Positions 49,501 to 59,506 of a stretch of DNA of 64,000 nucleotides are shown piece by piece. The notes beneath the pieces were generated by a model, which worked only from the letters and a program-made list of their open reading frames with translations, was not told the origin of the DNA and searched no databases. The position numbers and the translations under genes were made by a program. Source of the DNA: Calditrichaceae bacterium (GTDB lineage: Bacteria; Calditrichota; Calditrichia; Calditrichales; JBFXGD01). Location of the stretch: contig JBFXLE010000001.1 of assembly GCA_050173015.1 (NCBI GenBank), positions 64,001 through 128,000 of the forward strand, written 5' to 3'. Every line of letters begins with the position of its first letter. The stretch's first letter is position 1.

Positions 49501-51487
49501 TGACAGTTCTGCTTGCCGGGTCTGATGAAACGGAATGTGCAGCTATACCATTTATACTAACATAATTTTCGTTAATGGTTGATGGTAGAACCGTTCCTTC
49601 GGGGAAAATGATGTTTACGTAATCTCTATAAGTAAAATTGAATATTTCCCAAACATCAAGGTTTGCAGTGGTAACAATTGAAAAGGTATAAGCGGATACC
49701 TTATTCACGGTAGGAGTTGAAACAGTAACTGAAGATATGGTGATAGCGGTTCCCCCAATATTAAAATCTGCCGACACTACATCAGTCGGCTCCACACTTG
49801 TCTTTACAAGTATGTTATAGTTTTTGGACGTATTGGGATTTCTAACTGGATCGGAACCTGTCCCTCCGATAAAAAGAACCACATTGTCCCCATTATTTGT
49901 GAGAACGGTGGAAGGAACGGTAACCTGAATAGTTCCTGCCGCGCTATTTGGAGTGATCAGGTTTGTGGGTATTGCTACGGGTGTACCCTGGGCTACCGTA
50001 ATGGTACTTGCATCATATTCTGACAAAGTTTCGCGTATCTCAAAATTTGGATCATTAAATGTAAGCGTGATTGTACTCTCCCCGGGTTTTAACCGGCCTC
50101 TTGAACCAAGATTAAAGTCAACAGTATAGGCTGAATACGCACGTCTTGTTGCATTTGACGGCGAGACAATCGCCTGGGAAATTGTAGTGGTTGTATTGAA
50201 AACCGCATATGGATTTGACTGGACAACGGTACGGTCTTTACTGGTTTTTAAACCGATGCTGTAGTCTCCGGCAATCGATGGATTCAGATAACCGGCAGAA
50301 CTGTTAAACGCCACGGTGACATCGGTAGAATTACCGATGTTGATTGGTGTGACAATTACCAGGGTATCCTCATCCGTAGCATCAGATTTTTGAACATCAA
50401 TGGCGTAAGCATTGTCGGAAAACCCGCCGCTGATAACGGATATGTTTAATGGTGACAGGTCATTTGGTAAAAAGGTGTTTTGCGGAAATATGACATAAAT
50501 GGAATCCAGGACAGCGCTCAAACCGCCGGAGGAACCGGTGCGGAAATCAAAGATGAAATCACCGCCCTGATTGACCATGGCCGGTTTAGTATCAATTGCC
50601 GTGATGGATAATTGTCCCACCGGGGAAATGGTATATATATTGGATATGACATCCGTGGTTTCGCTGCTGGTTTTTACATTTACCGTATAAGTACCGTCAG
50701 TAGCAGGATTTTTTAAACCGCTTCCGACTGCAAATCTGGCGTCAATTGGGCCGTTATTATCGATGTTAATCGGGGTGGTAACCACGACGGTAGTCCCGGT
50801 TGCGGTAGCCATGGCAGATGTTCCGTTTATCGTCACACCGGATAGCGCACCGGCCGGAACTGTGGTGCCCGCCGGAAAAGTGATGGTGATGGTGCTGGTA
50901 TTTGCGGAAAGCCCGCCTCCGGAACCCGTGGTAAATGATACCAAGTAATCGGCTGATTCCCCGCCGACCGAAGGATTTGGGGTCACCGCCGCGGCGCTAA
51001 CCGTAGAAGTGGATGCGGATATAGTATAGCTGGAATATGTTACAACGCCCTCAATACTGGTTCCGGCATCAAGATTGTAATTACCGGAACTCGATGGATT
51101 CTTTATATTTGCGCTTTCGGCAAATGAAAGAATAATAGTTCCCCTCTGAGCAACATTCACAGGTGTGAGGATAGAAACTTTTTGACCATGTACATTAACC
51201 ACGTTGGCTGTAGTATTATTAACAGTAATTGTAGAAGGGTTGATCGTAGAAGGAACAACTGTATTTGAATTAAACACAACAATGATGCTATCAACATTTG
51301 CAGTGATATTTTTGGGATCCCAAAGAAAAAAACCATTGCCAAGTCTCATAGAAATATCATATTTGGCGTAATTATTTGTTTGATTGGGAGTTACGGTAAC
51401 AGAATTTACCTGAATGGCATGTGCTTTATTAGTGAATAGAAGTGTCACTAATAAGGCCGGTATTATAAATTTTAATTGAGTTTTCAC
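46568..51487 (-). CDS. Large Thr/Ser-rich surface protein, ~10 beta-sandwich repeats plus T9SS type A CTD (copy 1)
   Basis: GTG start after GGGGAGG; signal peptide AHA; repeats V.P....Y.V.F.TG..G.L...ITITFP...NP...Y...VKTS; LPVSLTSF; QNYPNPFNP...SGLYIY. Confidence 0.9.
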   Translation of the reverse strand: MKTQLKFIIPALLVTLLFTNKAHAIQVNSVTVTPNQTNNYAKYDISMRLGNGFFLWDPKNITANVDSIIVVFNSNTVVPSTINPSTITVNNTTANVVNVHGQKVSILTPVNVAQRGTIILSFAESANIKNPSSSGNYNLDAGTSIEGVVTYSSYTISASTSTVSAAAVTPNPSVGGESADYLVSFTTGSGGGLSANTSTITITFPAGTTVPAGALSGVTINGTSAMATATGTTVVVTTPINIDNNGPIDARFAVGSGLKNPATDGTYTVNVKTSSETTDVISNIYTISPVGQLSITAIDTKPAMVNQGGDFIFDFRTGSSGGLSAVLDSIYVIFPQNTFLPNDLSPLNISVISGGFSDNAYAIDVQKSDATDEDTLVIVTPINIGNSTDVTVAFNSSAGYLNPSIAGDYSIGLKTSKDRTVVQSNPYAVFNTTTTISQAIVSPSNATRRAYSAYTVDFNLGSRGRLKPGESTITLTFNDPNFEIRETLSEYDASTITVAQGTPVAIPTNLITPNSAAGTIQVTVPSTVLTNNGDNVVLFIGGTGSDPVRNPNTSKNYNILVKTSVEPTDVVSADFNIGGTAITISSVTVSTPTVNKVSAYTFSIVTTANLDVWEIFNFTYRDYVNIIFPEGTVLPSTINENYVSINGIAAHSVSSDPASRTVTAAVRSRVVSGGFDIYISELANIVNPVVPSASFYKVTMSTSTDEIPVTSSAYTISSGTGQVTGLTASASPAVINASNSVYTIGFTTSATGKLAGGTAAGSSTITIDFDSGTIVPASMTASTVEVNATPCDNLSVTSSGAGGAVQLTVPNGLTIGNSTAATVKFLSNSGLTNGSTAGTYNINVKTSSDNAFADTTGASGNYSILLTQPLFVSSVTPSPTTQNASAGYSVKFTTGSTGALIAGDEIRIEFPSNTGLPATVSKTDVTVNGVNPTVNPTISTNTLIIKTPVSINNLTASTVLLNQAMGVINPTVVGSYTLKVITTAEAGPFTSPTYSITQTTSTVTAANVTPASAVPSAATSYTVNFKVGTNGRLLAGTSTITITYGSATGVSTTLTNYNNSTISVNSGAPVSIASNISVSSKSVIITVPSGVTIGNNANLSIVLDGTTKPITNPVEETYTLQVKTSAEPTNITSNSYAISSTGPVTGITATLTSYVVNATTQNTINFRVGASGALSAGSGTITITFPFNTLVPSSITASNVTVANGAAANPTNYTAASTVTTNSSTRTVTITVPNAIANSNYVSVAFAAGAGIMNPSIFGSYTLKARTSVQPVDGTSAAYTMLATTTTISNLTVTISPAIPSTIARYQYDFQTGSLGRLVSGTSTISLLLPDDATFTQGTPATSKVTVNSTAAEAVVLRTGTATNPDTLIITVPSSVTIGNSSNVSVVIDQSAGLQNASIASNLIYSAYTSVENTPVANSNDTSLPVSLTSFKASAQDGRVILQWETESELENAYWMIEKKLILTEELEKINDGQLDVNETNYSYSLIEKIPGQGNSSVAHSYEYADTSVTAGGIYSYRLADVSITGQITYHSPVIQEIAIPSQFMLGQNYPNPFNPTTTIKYQLATDSKVTLKIYNVLGQEVYTLVNGTQKAGLYKLLWDGRNNSGVKVSSGLYIYRIEADTPGTSKKFSDIKKMVFIK

Positions 51488-52024
51488 TTTAATTATATCC
51501 TCCCCGATGATATATCTTAATCAATCAAAAAAATGATCAATATACTATAACAAGAAAAAATAGGCTGTTTATCGTGTAGTTTTTATACTCGGTAACGAGA
51601 ACTTAAAAAGTAAGTTTTTTTTTATATTTCATACACAACTGGTCAGTTTCTTCACAAAATTTTTATTAATATCCTTCGAATGTTAACCATTTTTGACATA
51701 TCCAAAATGATATAAATACAAAAATGCGGCAAATTAGAAAGAGTGTAAAATTTAAAATAAACAGACAGTTGTTTTTTTCCTAATATATTTAGTTAAAAAA
51801 TAATTGGAGTATGATAAACCTTCGAAGTTATGAAATTTTGCTGATAAATCAAAAATATTTGTAGGGCCATATCCAATATCTGAGACAATGGATTCTGCTA
51901 GTATTATTGTTGATACCCTCAGGAGTTCAGACTTTTTGGGATTAGCACCATCTGGTTACGGAAAAAATAAAGCCGGAAAAGAATTGCTTCAATCCCGGCC
52001 TTACTTTCGGGGGTAAACTGGTTA

Positions 52025-55000
52025 CTATTTGATAAAAACCATTTTCTTTATATCACTAAATTTTTTCGATGTCCCCGGTGTATCCGCCTCGATTCGGTAA
52101 ATATAGAGTCCGCTCGAAACCTTCACACCGGAATTGTTTCTTCCGTCCCATAACAACTTATATAATCCCGCCTTCTGTGTTCTGTTGACAAGCGTATAGA
52201 CTTCCTGGCCGAGAACGTTGTATATTTTCAAAGTCACTTTCGAATCGGTAGCCAGCTGATATTTTATAGTCGTTGTCGGGTTGAACGGATTTGGATAATT
52301 CTGGCCGAGCATAAATTGTGACGGTATGGCTATTTCCTGGATAACCGGGGAGTGATAAGTAATTTGACCGGTTATGGAAACATCAGCCAGACGGTATGAA
52401 TAGATGCCGCCGGCGGTTACCGATGTATCGGCATATTCATAAGAATGGGCGATGCTTGAATTACCCTGTCCGGGAATTTTTTCAATAAGACTGTATGAGT
52501 AATTTGTTTCATTCACATCAAGTTGACCGTCATTAATTTTTTCCAGTTCTTCAGTCAGAATAAGTTTCTTCTCGATCATCCAATACGCGTTTTCCAGCTC
52601 ACTCTCCGTTTCCCACTGAAGAATGACGCGACCATCCTGAGCGCTTGCTTTAAAGGAAGTGAGGCTGACCGGAAGTGAGGTATCATTCGAATTTGCCACC
52701 GGTGTGTTCTCAACACTGGTGTACGCGCTGTAAATCAGGTTACTGGCGATGCTGGCATTTTGAAGCCCGGCGGATTGATCGATCACGACGCTCACATTTG
52801 AACTGTTGCCGATGGTGACACTCGATGGCACGGTGATAATCAGTGTATCCGGATTGGTGGCGGTACCTGTTCTGAGTACAACGGCTTCCGCGGCGGTACT
52901 GTTGACGGTCACTTTTGAAGTGGCCGGGGTACCCTGTGTAAATGTCGCGTCATCCGGAAGCAACAGGCTGATGGTGCTGGTGCCCGAAACCAGGCGTCCG
53001 AGTGAACCGGTCTGGAAGTCATATTGATACCTGGCGATGGTGGATGGAATCGCCGGGGAAATAGTGACTGTTAAGTTGGATATGGTCGTTGTCGTGGCCA
53101 GCATGGTGTAGGCGGCTGATGTGCCATCCACCGGCTGAACGCTGGTGCGCGCCTTGAGCGTATAACTTCCAAAAATGGATGGATTCATAATGCCCGCGCC
53201 GGCAGCGAAGGCCACACTGACATAATTACTATTGGCAATCGCGTTTGGTACGGTGATTGTCACGGTACGTGTGGATGAATTTGTTGTCACCGTTGACGCG
53301 GCCGTGTAATTGGTTGGATTGGCAGCCGCTCCGTTGGCAACAGTCACATTGGAGGCCGTGATGCTGGATGGCACCAAAGTGTTGAACGGAAATGTGATGG
53401 TGATCGTACCTGAACCGGCAGAAAGAGCGCCTGAAGCCCCGACCCGGAAATTAATCGTGTTCTGTGTGGTAGCGTTTACCACATAGGACGTCAGAGTAGC
53501 GGTAATCCCGGTGACAGGTCCGGTGCTTGAAATCGCGTAAGAGTTGGATGTGATGTTGGTTGGTTCAGCGGAAGTCTTTACTTGTAAAGTATAGGTTTCC
53601 TCAACCGGATTGGTAATCGGTTTTGTGGTTCCATCCAATACGATGGAGAGATTGGCGTTGTTGCCTATAGTTACACCGGAAGGAACGGTAATGATGACAC
53701 TTTTTGAACTCACACTGATATTGGAGGCGATCGAAACAGGCGCGCCGGAATTCACAGAGATGGTGGAGTTATTGTAATTTGTCAGAGTCGTGCTTACTCC
53801 TGTGGCAGAACCGTATGTAATCGTGATGGTGCTTGTCCCGGCCAGCAGTCTCCCGTTTGTCCCGACTTTAAAATTAACCGTGTATGAGGTCGCGGCGGAA
53901 GGAACCGCCGAAGCCGGTGTCACATTCGCGGCGGTAACGGTGCTGGTCGTTTGTGTAATGCTGTATGTGGGGGATGTGAATGGTCCCGCTTCAGCGGTGG
54001 TAATGACTTTGAGTGTGTAACTGCCGACAACTGTCGGATTTATAACACCCATGGCCTGATTAAGCAGAACCGTTGACGCAGTCAGATTATTGATAGAAAC
54101 CGGTGTCTTAATGATCAGCGTATTGGTTGAAATTGTCGGATTAACGGTCGGATTGACCCCGTTAACCGTTACATCCGTTTTGCTTACGGTCGCGGGAAGA
54201 CCCGTGTTGGATGGGAATTCAATACGGATCTCATCACCGGCAATCAGGGCCCCGGTAGAACCGGTGGTAAATTTTACCGAGTATCCGGCGCTGGCGTTCT
54301 GAGTGGTCGGTGAAGGAGTGACCGAACTGACAAAAAGCGGCTGGGTCAATAAAATTGAATAGTTTCCCGACGCGCCGGTTGTATCGGCAAAAGCATTATC
54401 AGACGATGTTTTGACATTGATGTTATATGTTCCCGCGGTACTACCGTTTGTCAGGCCTGAATTTGACAAAAATTTTACGGTCGCGGCGGTACTGTTTCCG
54501 ATGGTCAATCCGTTTGGAACGGTTAACTGAACCGCGCCGCCTGCTCCGCTGCTGGTGACTGATAAATTATCACAGGGGGTGGCGTTCACTTCAACGGTAC
54601 TCGCTGTTATGGAAGCCGGTACAATGGTGCCGTTATCAAAATCGATGGTGATGGTGCTGGATCCCGCCGCGGTACCGCCGGCTAATTTACCGGTTGCTGA
54701 TGTGGTAAATCCAATGGTGTAAACGCTGTTTGCCGCGTTGATAACCGCCGGGCTTGCCGAAGCGGTTAGCCCGGTGACCTGGCCGGTTCCGCTGCTGATG
54801 GTATAGGCAGAAGAGGTAACCGGTTTTAAGTCCGCACTTGTGTTCATAACAACTTTATAATAAGTGGCGCTGGGAACGACTGGGTTAACGATACCCGCAG
54901 TGTTATAGATATCGACATCAAATGGACCGCTTGCAGGAACAGCTACGCTAACTACAGCGTTTACAGTCCTGGTGGAAGGGGAAGTTGTTACCGAAGATGG

Positions 55001-56932
55001 CTGGGCACCGTCAATCCTAACATCTGACGTATTAATGCTTGATGGGATCGTTGTACCTTCAGGGAAAATAATTGTAATATCATCTTTATAGCCTTTATTT
55101 GGGCCATTTGTAATAACTTGCAATTCCGAAGTATTAGTGATGTCAAAAGTATATCCGGAGCTGCTGTTCACCGCCGCGTTTGTCAAGGTGATCGAATTTA
55201 TGGTGATGGCTTCTCCGCCAATATTGAAAGCTGCGGAGAGCACATCTGTGGGTTCGACGCTAGTTTTTACCTTCAAATTGTAATTATCAGAGGGTGGATT
55301 TGTTATTGGATTTGTCGAGCTACCCCCAAGATAAATAACCACATTATCACCATTATTGGTGAGTACCGAAGAAGGAATGGTTATCTGAACAGTCTTTGCC
55401 GTATTATTCGGAGTGATCAGGCTGTCCGGTATAGAAACGGGCGTGCCCTGGGCTACCGTAATGGTGCTGGCATTATAATTTGACAAAGTCTCGCTTATTA
55501 AAAAGTCTGGATCATTAAAGGTAAGCGTGATCGTACTCTCTCCGGATTTTAAACGTCCCCTTGAACCAAGATTAAAATCAACGGTGTAAGCTGAAGTACC
55601 TGTTCCAGAATTCGATGGTGTGACAATCGCCTGGGAAACAGTCGTGTTTGTATTGAAAACCGCATATGGATTTGACTGGACAATGGTACGGTCTTTACTG
55701 GTTTTTAAACCGATGCTGTAATCTCCGGCGATGGACGGATTCAGATAACCGGCGGAACTGTTAAAGGCCACGGTGACATCAGAAGAATTACCGATGTTGA
55801 TAGGTGTGACGATAGCCAGTGTATCCTCATCCGTGGCATCAGCTTTTTGAACATCAATGGCATAAGCATTGTCAGAGAATCCCCCGCTTATCACTGATAT
55901 GTTTAAAGGTGACATATCTGTCGGTAAAAAGGTGTTCTGCGGAAAGATGATATAAATGGAGTCCAGAACAGCGCTCAAGCCGCCGGAAGAACCGGTACGG
56001 AAATCAAATATAAATTCACCGCCCTGATTAACCATGGCCGGTTTAGTGTCAATTGCCGTGATGGATAACTGTCCGGCAGGAGAAATGGTATATACATTGG
56101 ATATAACATCCGTGGTATCGCTGCTGGTTTTTACATTTACCGTATATGTGCCGTCAGTAGTCGGATTCTTTAATCCCGTTCCAACGGCAAATCTGGCGTC
56201 AATGGCGCCGTTGTTATCTATATCAATGGGCGTGGTAATGACAACAGTCGTATCGGTGGCGGTCGCGATGGTGGCCGTTCCGTTTATGGTCACACCGGAT
56301 AATGCCCCGGAGGGAACGGTCGTGCCCACCGGAAAAGTGATGGTAATGGTACCGGTATTGGCGATAAGCCCGCCGCCGGAACCGGTCGTGAATGACACCA
56401 GATAATCGGCCGCTTCCCCGCCAACCGAAGGATTTGGCGTCACCGCCGCGGCGCTAACCGTAGAACTGGATGAGGATATGGTATATGACATAGAATCAAA
56501 ACCCTCAATGCTGGTCCCGGCCTGCAAAGTGACATTTCCAGCGACTGCCGGATTTTTAATATTTGCGCTAACTGCGAAAGAAAGAGCAATGCCTCCCCCA
56601 CTTCTTATATACACAGGTGTGAGTATTGAAACTCTTTGTCCATGTATATCAACAATATTTGCCGCCGTATTATTTACTGTAATTGTTGAAGGTGTGATGG
56701 AAAAAGGCACAGTGGTACTTGGATCAAAAATGACGATGATGCTGTCTTGGTTAGCCGCTAAATCCTTTTTGCTGCCGTTGCTAATCGTCATGGAAATGTC
56801 ATATTGAGCGTAATTGTTGGTCTGATTTGGAGACACGGTGACGGAATTGATTTTTAGAGCGTATGCATTGCTAAAAACAAAAAGGCTCATCGCCGCCAAC
56901 ATCGCGCTTAAGTATTTTAATTTTCTTCTCAT
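52025..56932 (-). CDS. Large Thr/Ser-rich surface protein, ~10 beta-sandwich repeats plus T9SS type A CTD (copy 2)
   Basis: Paralog of copy 1; start reassigned to MRRKLKY (56932) because of RBS AGGGAAGG and a signal peptide ending AYA. Confidence 0.9.
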   Translation of the reverse strand: MRRKLKYLSAMLAAMSLFVFSNAYALKINSVTVSPNQTNNYAQYDISMTISNGSKKDLAANQDSIIVIFDPSTTVPFSITPSTITVNNTAANIVDIHGQRVSILTPVYIRSGGGIALSFAVSANIKNPAVAGNVTLQAGTSIEGFDSMSYTISSSSSTVSAAAVTPNPSVGGEAADYLVSFTTGSGGGLIANTGTITITFPVGTTVPSGALSGVTINGTATIATATDTTVVITTPIDIDNNGAIDARFAVGTGLKNPTTDGTYTVNVKTSSDTTDVISNVYTISPAGQLSITAIDTKPAMVNQGGEFIFDFRTGSSGGLSAVLDSIYIIFPQNTFLPTDMSPLNISVISGGFSDNAYAIDVQKADATDEDTLAIVTPINIGNSSDVTVAFNSSAGYLNPSIAGDYSIGLKTSKDRTIVQSNPYAVFNTNTTVSQAIVTPSNSGTGTSAYTVDFNLGSRGRLKSGESTITLTFNDPDFLISETLSNYNASTITVAQGTPVSIPDSLITPNNTAKTVQITIPSSVLTNNGDNVVIYLGGSSTNPITNPPSDNYNLKVKTSVEPTDVLSAAFNIGGEAITINSITLTNAAVNSSSGYTFDITNTSELQVITNGPNKGYKDDITIIFPEGTTIPSSINTSDVRIDGAQPSSVTTSPSTRTVNAVVSVAVPASGPFDVDIYNTAGIVNPVVPSATYYKVVMNTSADLKPVTSSAYTISSGTGQVTGLTASASPAVINAANSVYTIGFTTSATGKLAGGTAAGSSTITIDFDNGTIVPASITASTVEVNATPCDNLSVTSSGAGGAVQLTVPNGLTIGNSTAATVKFLSNSGLTNGSTAGTYNINVKTSSDNAFADTTGASGNYSILLTQPLFVSSVTPSPTTQNASAGYSVKFTTGSTGALIAGDEIRIEFPSNTGLPATVSKTDVTVNGVNPTVNPTISTNTLIIKTPVSINNLTASTVLLNQAMGVINPTVVGSYTLKVITTAEAGPFTSPTYSITQTTSTVTAANVTPASAVPSAATSYTVNFKVGTNGRLLAGTSTITITYGSATGVSTTLTNYNNSTISVNSGAPVSIASNISVSSKSVIITVPSGVTIGNNANLSIVLDGTTKPITNPVEETYTLQVKTSAEPTNITSNSYAISSTGPVTGITATLTSYVVNATTQNTINFRVGASGALSAGSGTITITFPFNTLVPSSITASNVTVANGAAANPTNYTAASTVTTNSSTRTVTITVPNAIANSNYVSVAFAAGAGIMNPSIFGSYTLKARTSVQPVDGTSAAYTMLATTTTISNLTVTISPAIPSTIARYQYDFQTGSLGRLVSGTSTISLLLPDDATFTQGTPATSKVTVNSTAAEAVVLRTGTATNPDTLIITVPSSVTIGNSSNVSVVIDQSAGLQNASIASNLIYSAYTSVENTPVANSNDTSLPVSLTSFKASAQDGRVILQWETESELENAYWMIEKKLILTEELEKINDGQLDVNETNYSYSLIEKIPGQGNSSIAHSYEYADTSVTAGGIYSYRLADVSITGQITYHSPVIQEIAIPSQFMLGQNYPNPFNPTTTIKYQLATDSKVTLKIYNVLGQEVYTLVNRTQKAGLYKLLWDGRNNSGVKVSSGLYIYRIEADTPGTSKKFSDIKKMVFIK

Positions 56933-57358
56933 ATTAATTATACCTTCCCTGATGGTATACCCCCCGTTATATTCGGAAATCATTGTATTTCTCCGCTTCA
57001 TTAAAAATATCCATTTCTGGCCTTACTATTTATACTCGGCACTGACTAATTGATTAATAAATTATTTTTGAATAAATCATGGTTAACTGGTCAATTTTTT
57101 TGCAATTATTTTAAAAATTCTTGTTTTATGCTCAATAATTGTGAAAAAAGTAATTTTAAGAAAAAAACATAAGAATTTTCAGGGTAAATATAAGTTTTCA
57201 TAGTTTTCTGATAATTGATAAATCTCACAAATGAATCAATTCACATTAATTATCAGTATTTTGTTTTCAATGCCGGTAGCCGACTTATTTCCTTGTATCT
57301 GAAATGTGGGTATATTAGCTTAATTTTTAAGAAAATCTGTTGAATTTATAAAGCGAAG

Positions 57359-58261
57359 ATGAAATTTACAATGATAAAGTTTGCCGCGATCGATATAGGT
57401 TCAAATGCTGTCCGGCTTCTGTTTTCACAGGTATTTCCCGAATACGATCCACCGGTATTTAAAAAGATTTCCCTGATCCGTATGCCGCTCCGCCTGGGAA
57501 ATGACGCGTTTATTGATCATAAAATATCCCCGGAAAAATCCCGCAAGCTCATTCAAACAATGCAGGGCTTCAGACATTTGATTGATTCCTATGAACCTGT
57601 CGATTATATGGCGTGCGCGACTTCCGCTTTACGCGAATCAGAAAACGGCCCTGATCTTGCCATTAAAATTAAGGAACTCACCGGGATAAACATTGAAATC
57701 ATCGACGGCAAAAGAGAGGCGGAAATCATTTATTACACTCATATCGCGGAGTCATTGCAAAATAAGATCTTCTATATTTATCTGGATGTGGGCGGGGGCA
57801 GTACTGAAATCACCTTTTTTAAAAAAAGTAAAGTGACGCGGTCAGCTTCATTCAATATCGGCGCCATCCGTCTTTTAAACAATCTTGTGCCGGAGACCGC
57901 CTGGCAGGAAATGAAAATGTGGCTAAAGGAGAACGTATCCGGTGAGGAGAAAATAAATATCATCGGCAGTGGAGGCAACATTAATAAATTATACCGGCTT
58001 GCAAATCAAAAAAATGATAAACCTCTATCATATAATAAACTAAAACGTATGGAATCATATCTGAGATCATTTTCCACTGATGAACGCGTTAAGAATCTGG
58101 GATTGCGTCCGGACAGAGCCGATGTCATCATACCGGCGACAAAAATCTATTTATCCGTCATGAAGTGGGCAAAGGCCTCACATATTTATGTTCCGCAGAT
58201 AGGACTCGCGGATGGCATGATTCATGTTATATATGGGAACCACAAACCAACCAACGCTTAA
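57359..58261 (+). CDS. ppx: Ppx/GppA exopolyphosphatase (short form)
   Basis: AAIDIGSNAVR, ATSALRE, DVGGGSTE, GSGGN, DRADVI. Confidence 0.92.
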   Translation: MKFTMIKFAAIDIGSNAVRLLFSQVFPEYDPPVFKKISLIRMPLRLGNDAFIDHKISPEKSRKLIQTMQGFRHLIDSYEPVDYMACATSALRESENGPDLAIKIKELTGINIEIIDGKREAEIIYYTHIAESLQNKIFYIYLDVGGGSTEITFFKKSKVTRSASFNIGAIRLLNNLVPETAWQEMKMWLKENVSGEEKINIIGSGGNINKLYRLANQKNDKPLSYNKLKRMESYLRSFSTDERVKNLGLRPDRADVIIPATKIYLSVMKWAKASHIYVPQIGLADGMIHVIYGNHKPTNA

Positions 58262-58282
58262 AACATAATTTTCGGATTTAAA

Positions 58283-59455
58283 TTGAATACATCTGATGTA
58301 CTGATTATAGGTGCCGGCGCGGCCGGTTTAATGTGCGCTCTTGAAGCGGGTAAACGCGGCCGCTCGGTAATCATACTTGAAAAAGCGGATAAACCGGGGA
58401 AAAAAATCAGAATTTCGGGCGGGGGACGTTGCAATTTTACCAATCTGCACACAAGTCCGGAACATTTTATTTCTGAAAATCCGCATTTTTGTAAATCGGC
58501 GCTGGCCCGATACCGGCCGGCAGATTTTATCGATTTGCTCAAGAGTCATTACATTCCTTTCCACGAGAGATTGCATGGGCAGTTATTCTGTGATGAAAGC
58601 GCGGGGCGGATTATTGAGATGTTTGAAAGTGAATTGAAAAAACAGGATGCTAAAATTATCGTGAACGCCGAAATTCAGGAGGTCAAAAAAGGCGAAGCGG
58701 GTTTTAATATTTTAACCGGGCAAGGAAACTTTTTTTGCGATTCTCTGGTCATCGCGACCGGCGGGCCGTCGATACCCAAAATGGGCGCCACTAACTATGG
58801 GGTTCACCTCGCGGAGCGATTTGGTCTTAATGTCGTTCCATTAATGCCGGCACTGGTCCCATTAACCTGGTCAGATAAGGAGAAAGATGATTTTAGTGAA
58901 CTGTCCGGCATATCAATTGACGGAGAAGTTTCGTGTAACGCCCGTAATTTCAGAGAGAAAGTATTATTCACCCACCGCGGTCTGAGCGGTCCGGCAATTT
59001 TGCAAATATCCTCATATTGGAATCCGGGAGACAGCATTTATATCAACCTGCTTCCGGATATGGATTTTCAGGAACTACTCATGAAATACCGATCAAAAAA
59101 ACAAAAAGTTGAAAATTTCCTGAGTCAGTACCTTCCAAAGCGCCTGTCACGGATTTTCTGTTTATATTTTGGGTTTTCGGGATGGATCAATGAATATAGT
59201 GAACAAGAGTTGAAAAAACTCGCAGGCACTATTCATCGCTGGGAAATAAAACCAAACGGCACCGAAGGGTACCGGACCGCCGAAGTGACCAGAGGCGGCG
59301 TTGACACCAATGAACTATCATCCAGGACAATGGAATCAAAAAAGATACCTGGATTGTATTTTATCGGAGAAGTGGTGGATGTGACAGGGCATCTCGGCGG
59401 ATTCAATTTTCAGTGGGCCTGGGCATCAGGTTTTGCGGCGGGGCAGTATGTCTAA
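58283..59455 (+). CDS. HI0933/BaiN-like NAD(P)/FAD-dependent oxidoreductase
   Basis: IIGAGAAG, ISGGGRCNFTN, LFTHRGLSGP, VTRGGV, GGFNFQWAW. Confidence 0.95.
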   Translation: MNTSDVLIIGAGAAGLMCALEAGKRGRSVIILEKADKPGKKIRISGGGRCNFTNLHTSPEHFISENPHFCKSALARYRPADFIDLLKSHYIPFHERLHGQLFCDESAGRIIEMFESELKKQDAKIIVNAEIQEVKKGEAGFNILTGQGNFFCDSLVIATGGPSIPKMGATNYGVHLAERFGLNVVPLMPALVPLTWSDKEKDDFSELSGISIDGEVSCNARNFREKVLFTHRGLSGPAILQISSYWNPGDSIYINLLPDMDFQELLMKYRSKKQKVENFLSQYLPKRLSRIFCLYFGFSGWINEYSEQELKKLAGTIHRWEIKPNGTEGYRTAEVTRGGVDTNELSSRTMESKKIPGLYFIGEVVDVTGHLGGFNFQWAWASGFAAGQYV

Positions 59456-59488
59456 AAAAAAGAGACGCCGGGAATCAGCGTCTCTTTT
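59455..59488. terminator. Bidirectional terminator between convergent genes
   Basis: AAAAGAGACGC / GCGTCTCTTTT. Confidence 0.8.
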
Positions 59489-59506
59489 ACATTAATTAAT
59501 ACGGAG

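Larger units (their letters stand above)
46503..54820. repeat. Direct repeat ~2.8 kb (46503-~49360 vs ~51960-~54820), offset 5457
   Basis: Near-identical sequence; identical shadow ORFs at 47349/52806, 48333/53790 and 48633/54090. Confidence 0.95.

Noticed and set aside
46503-54820. Diversity-generating retroelement TR/VR pair
   Set aside because: The repeat is kilobases long, both copies are coding, differences do not look adenine-specific and there is no reverse transcriptase in the window
56933-57001. N-terminal 23-aa extension of the ORF-track call 52025-57001
   Set aside because: The RBS and signal peptide fit the ATG at 56932 better
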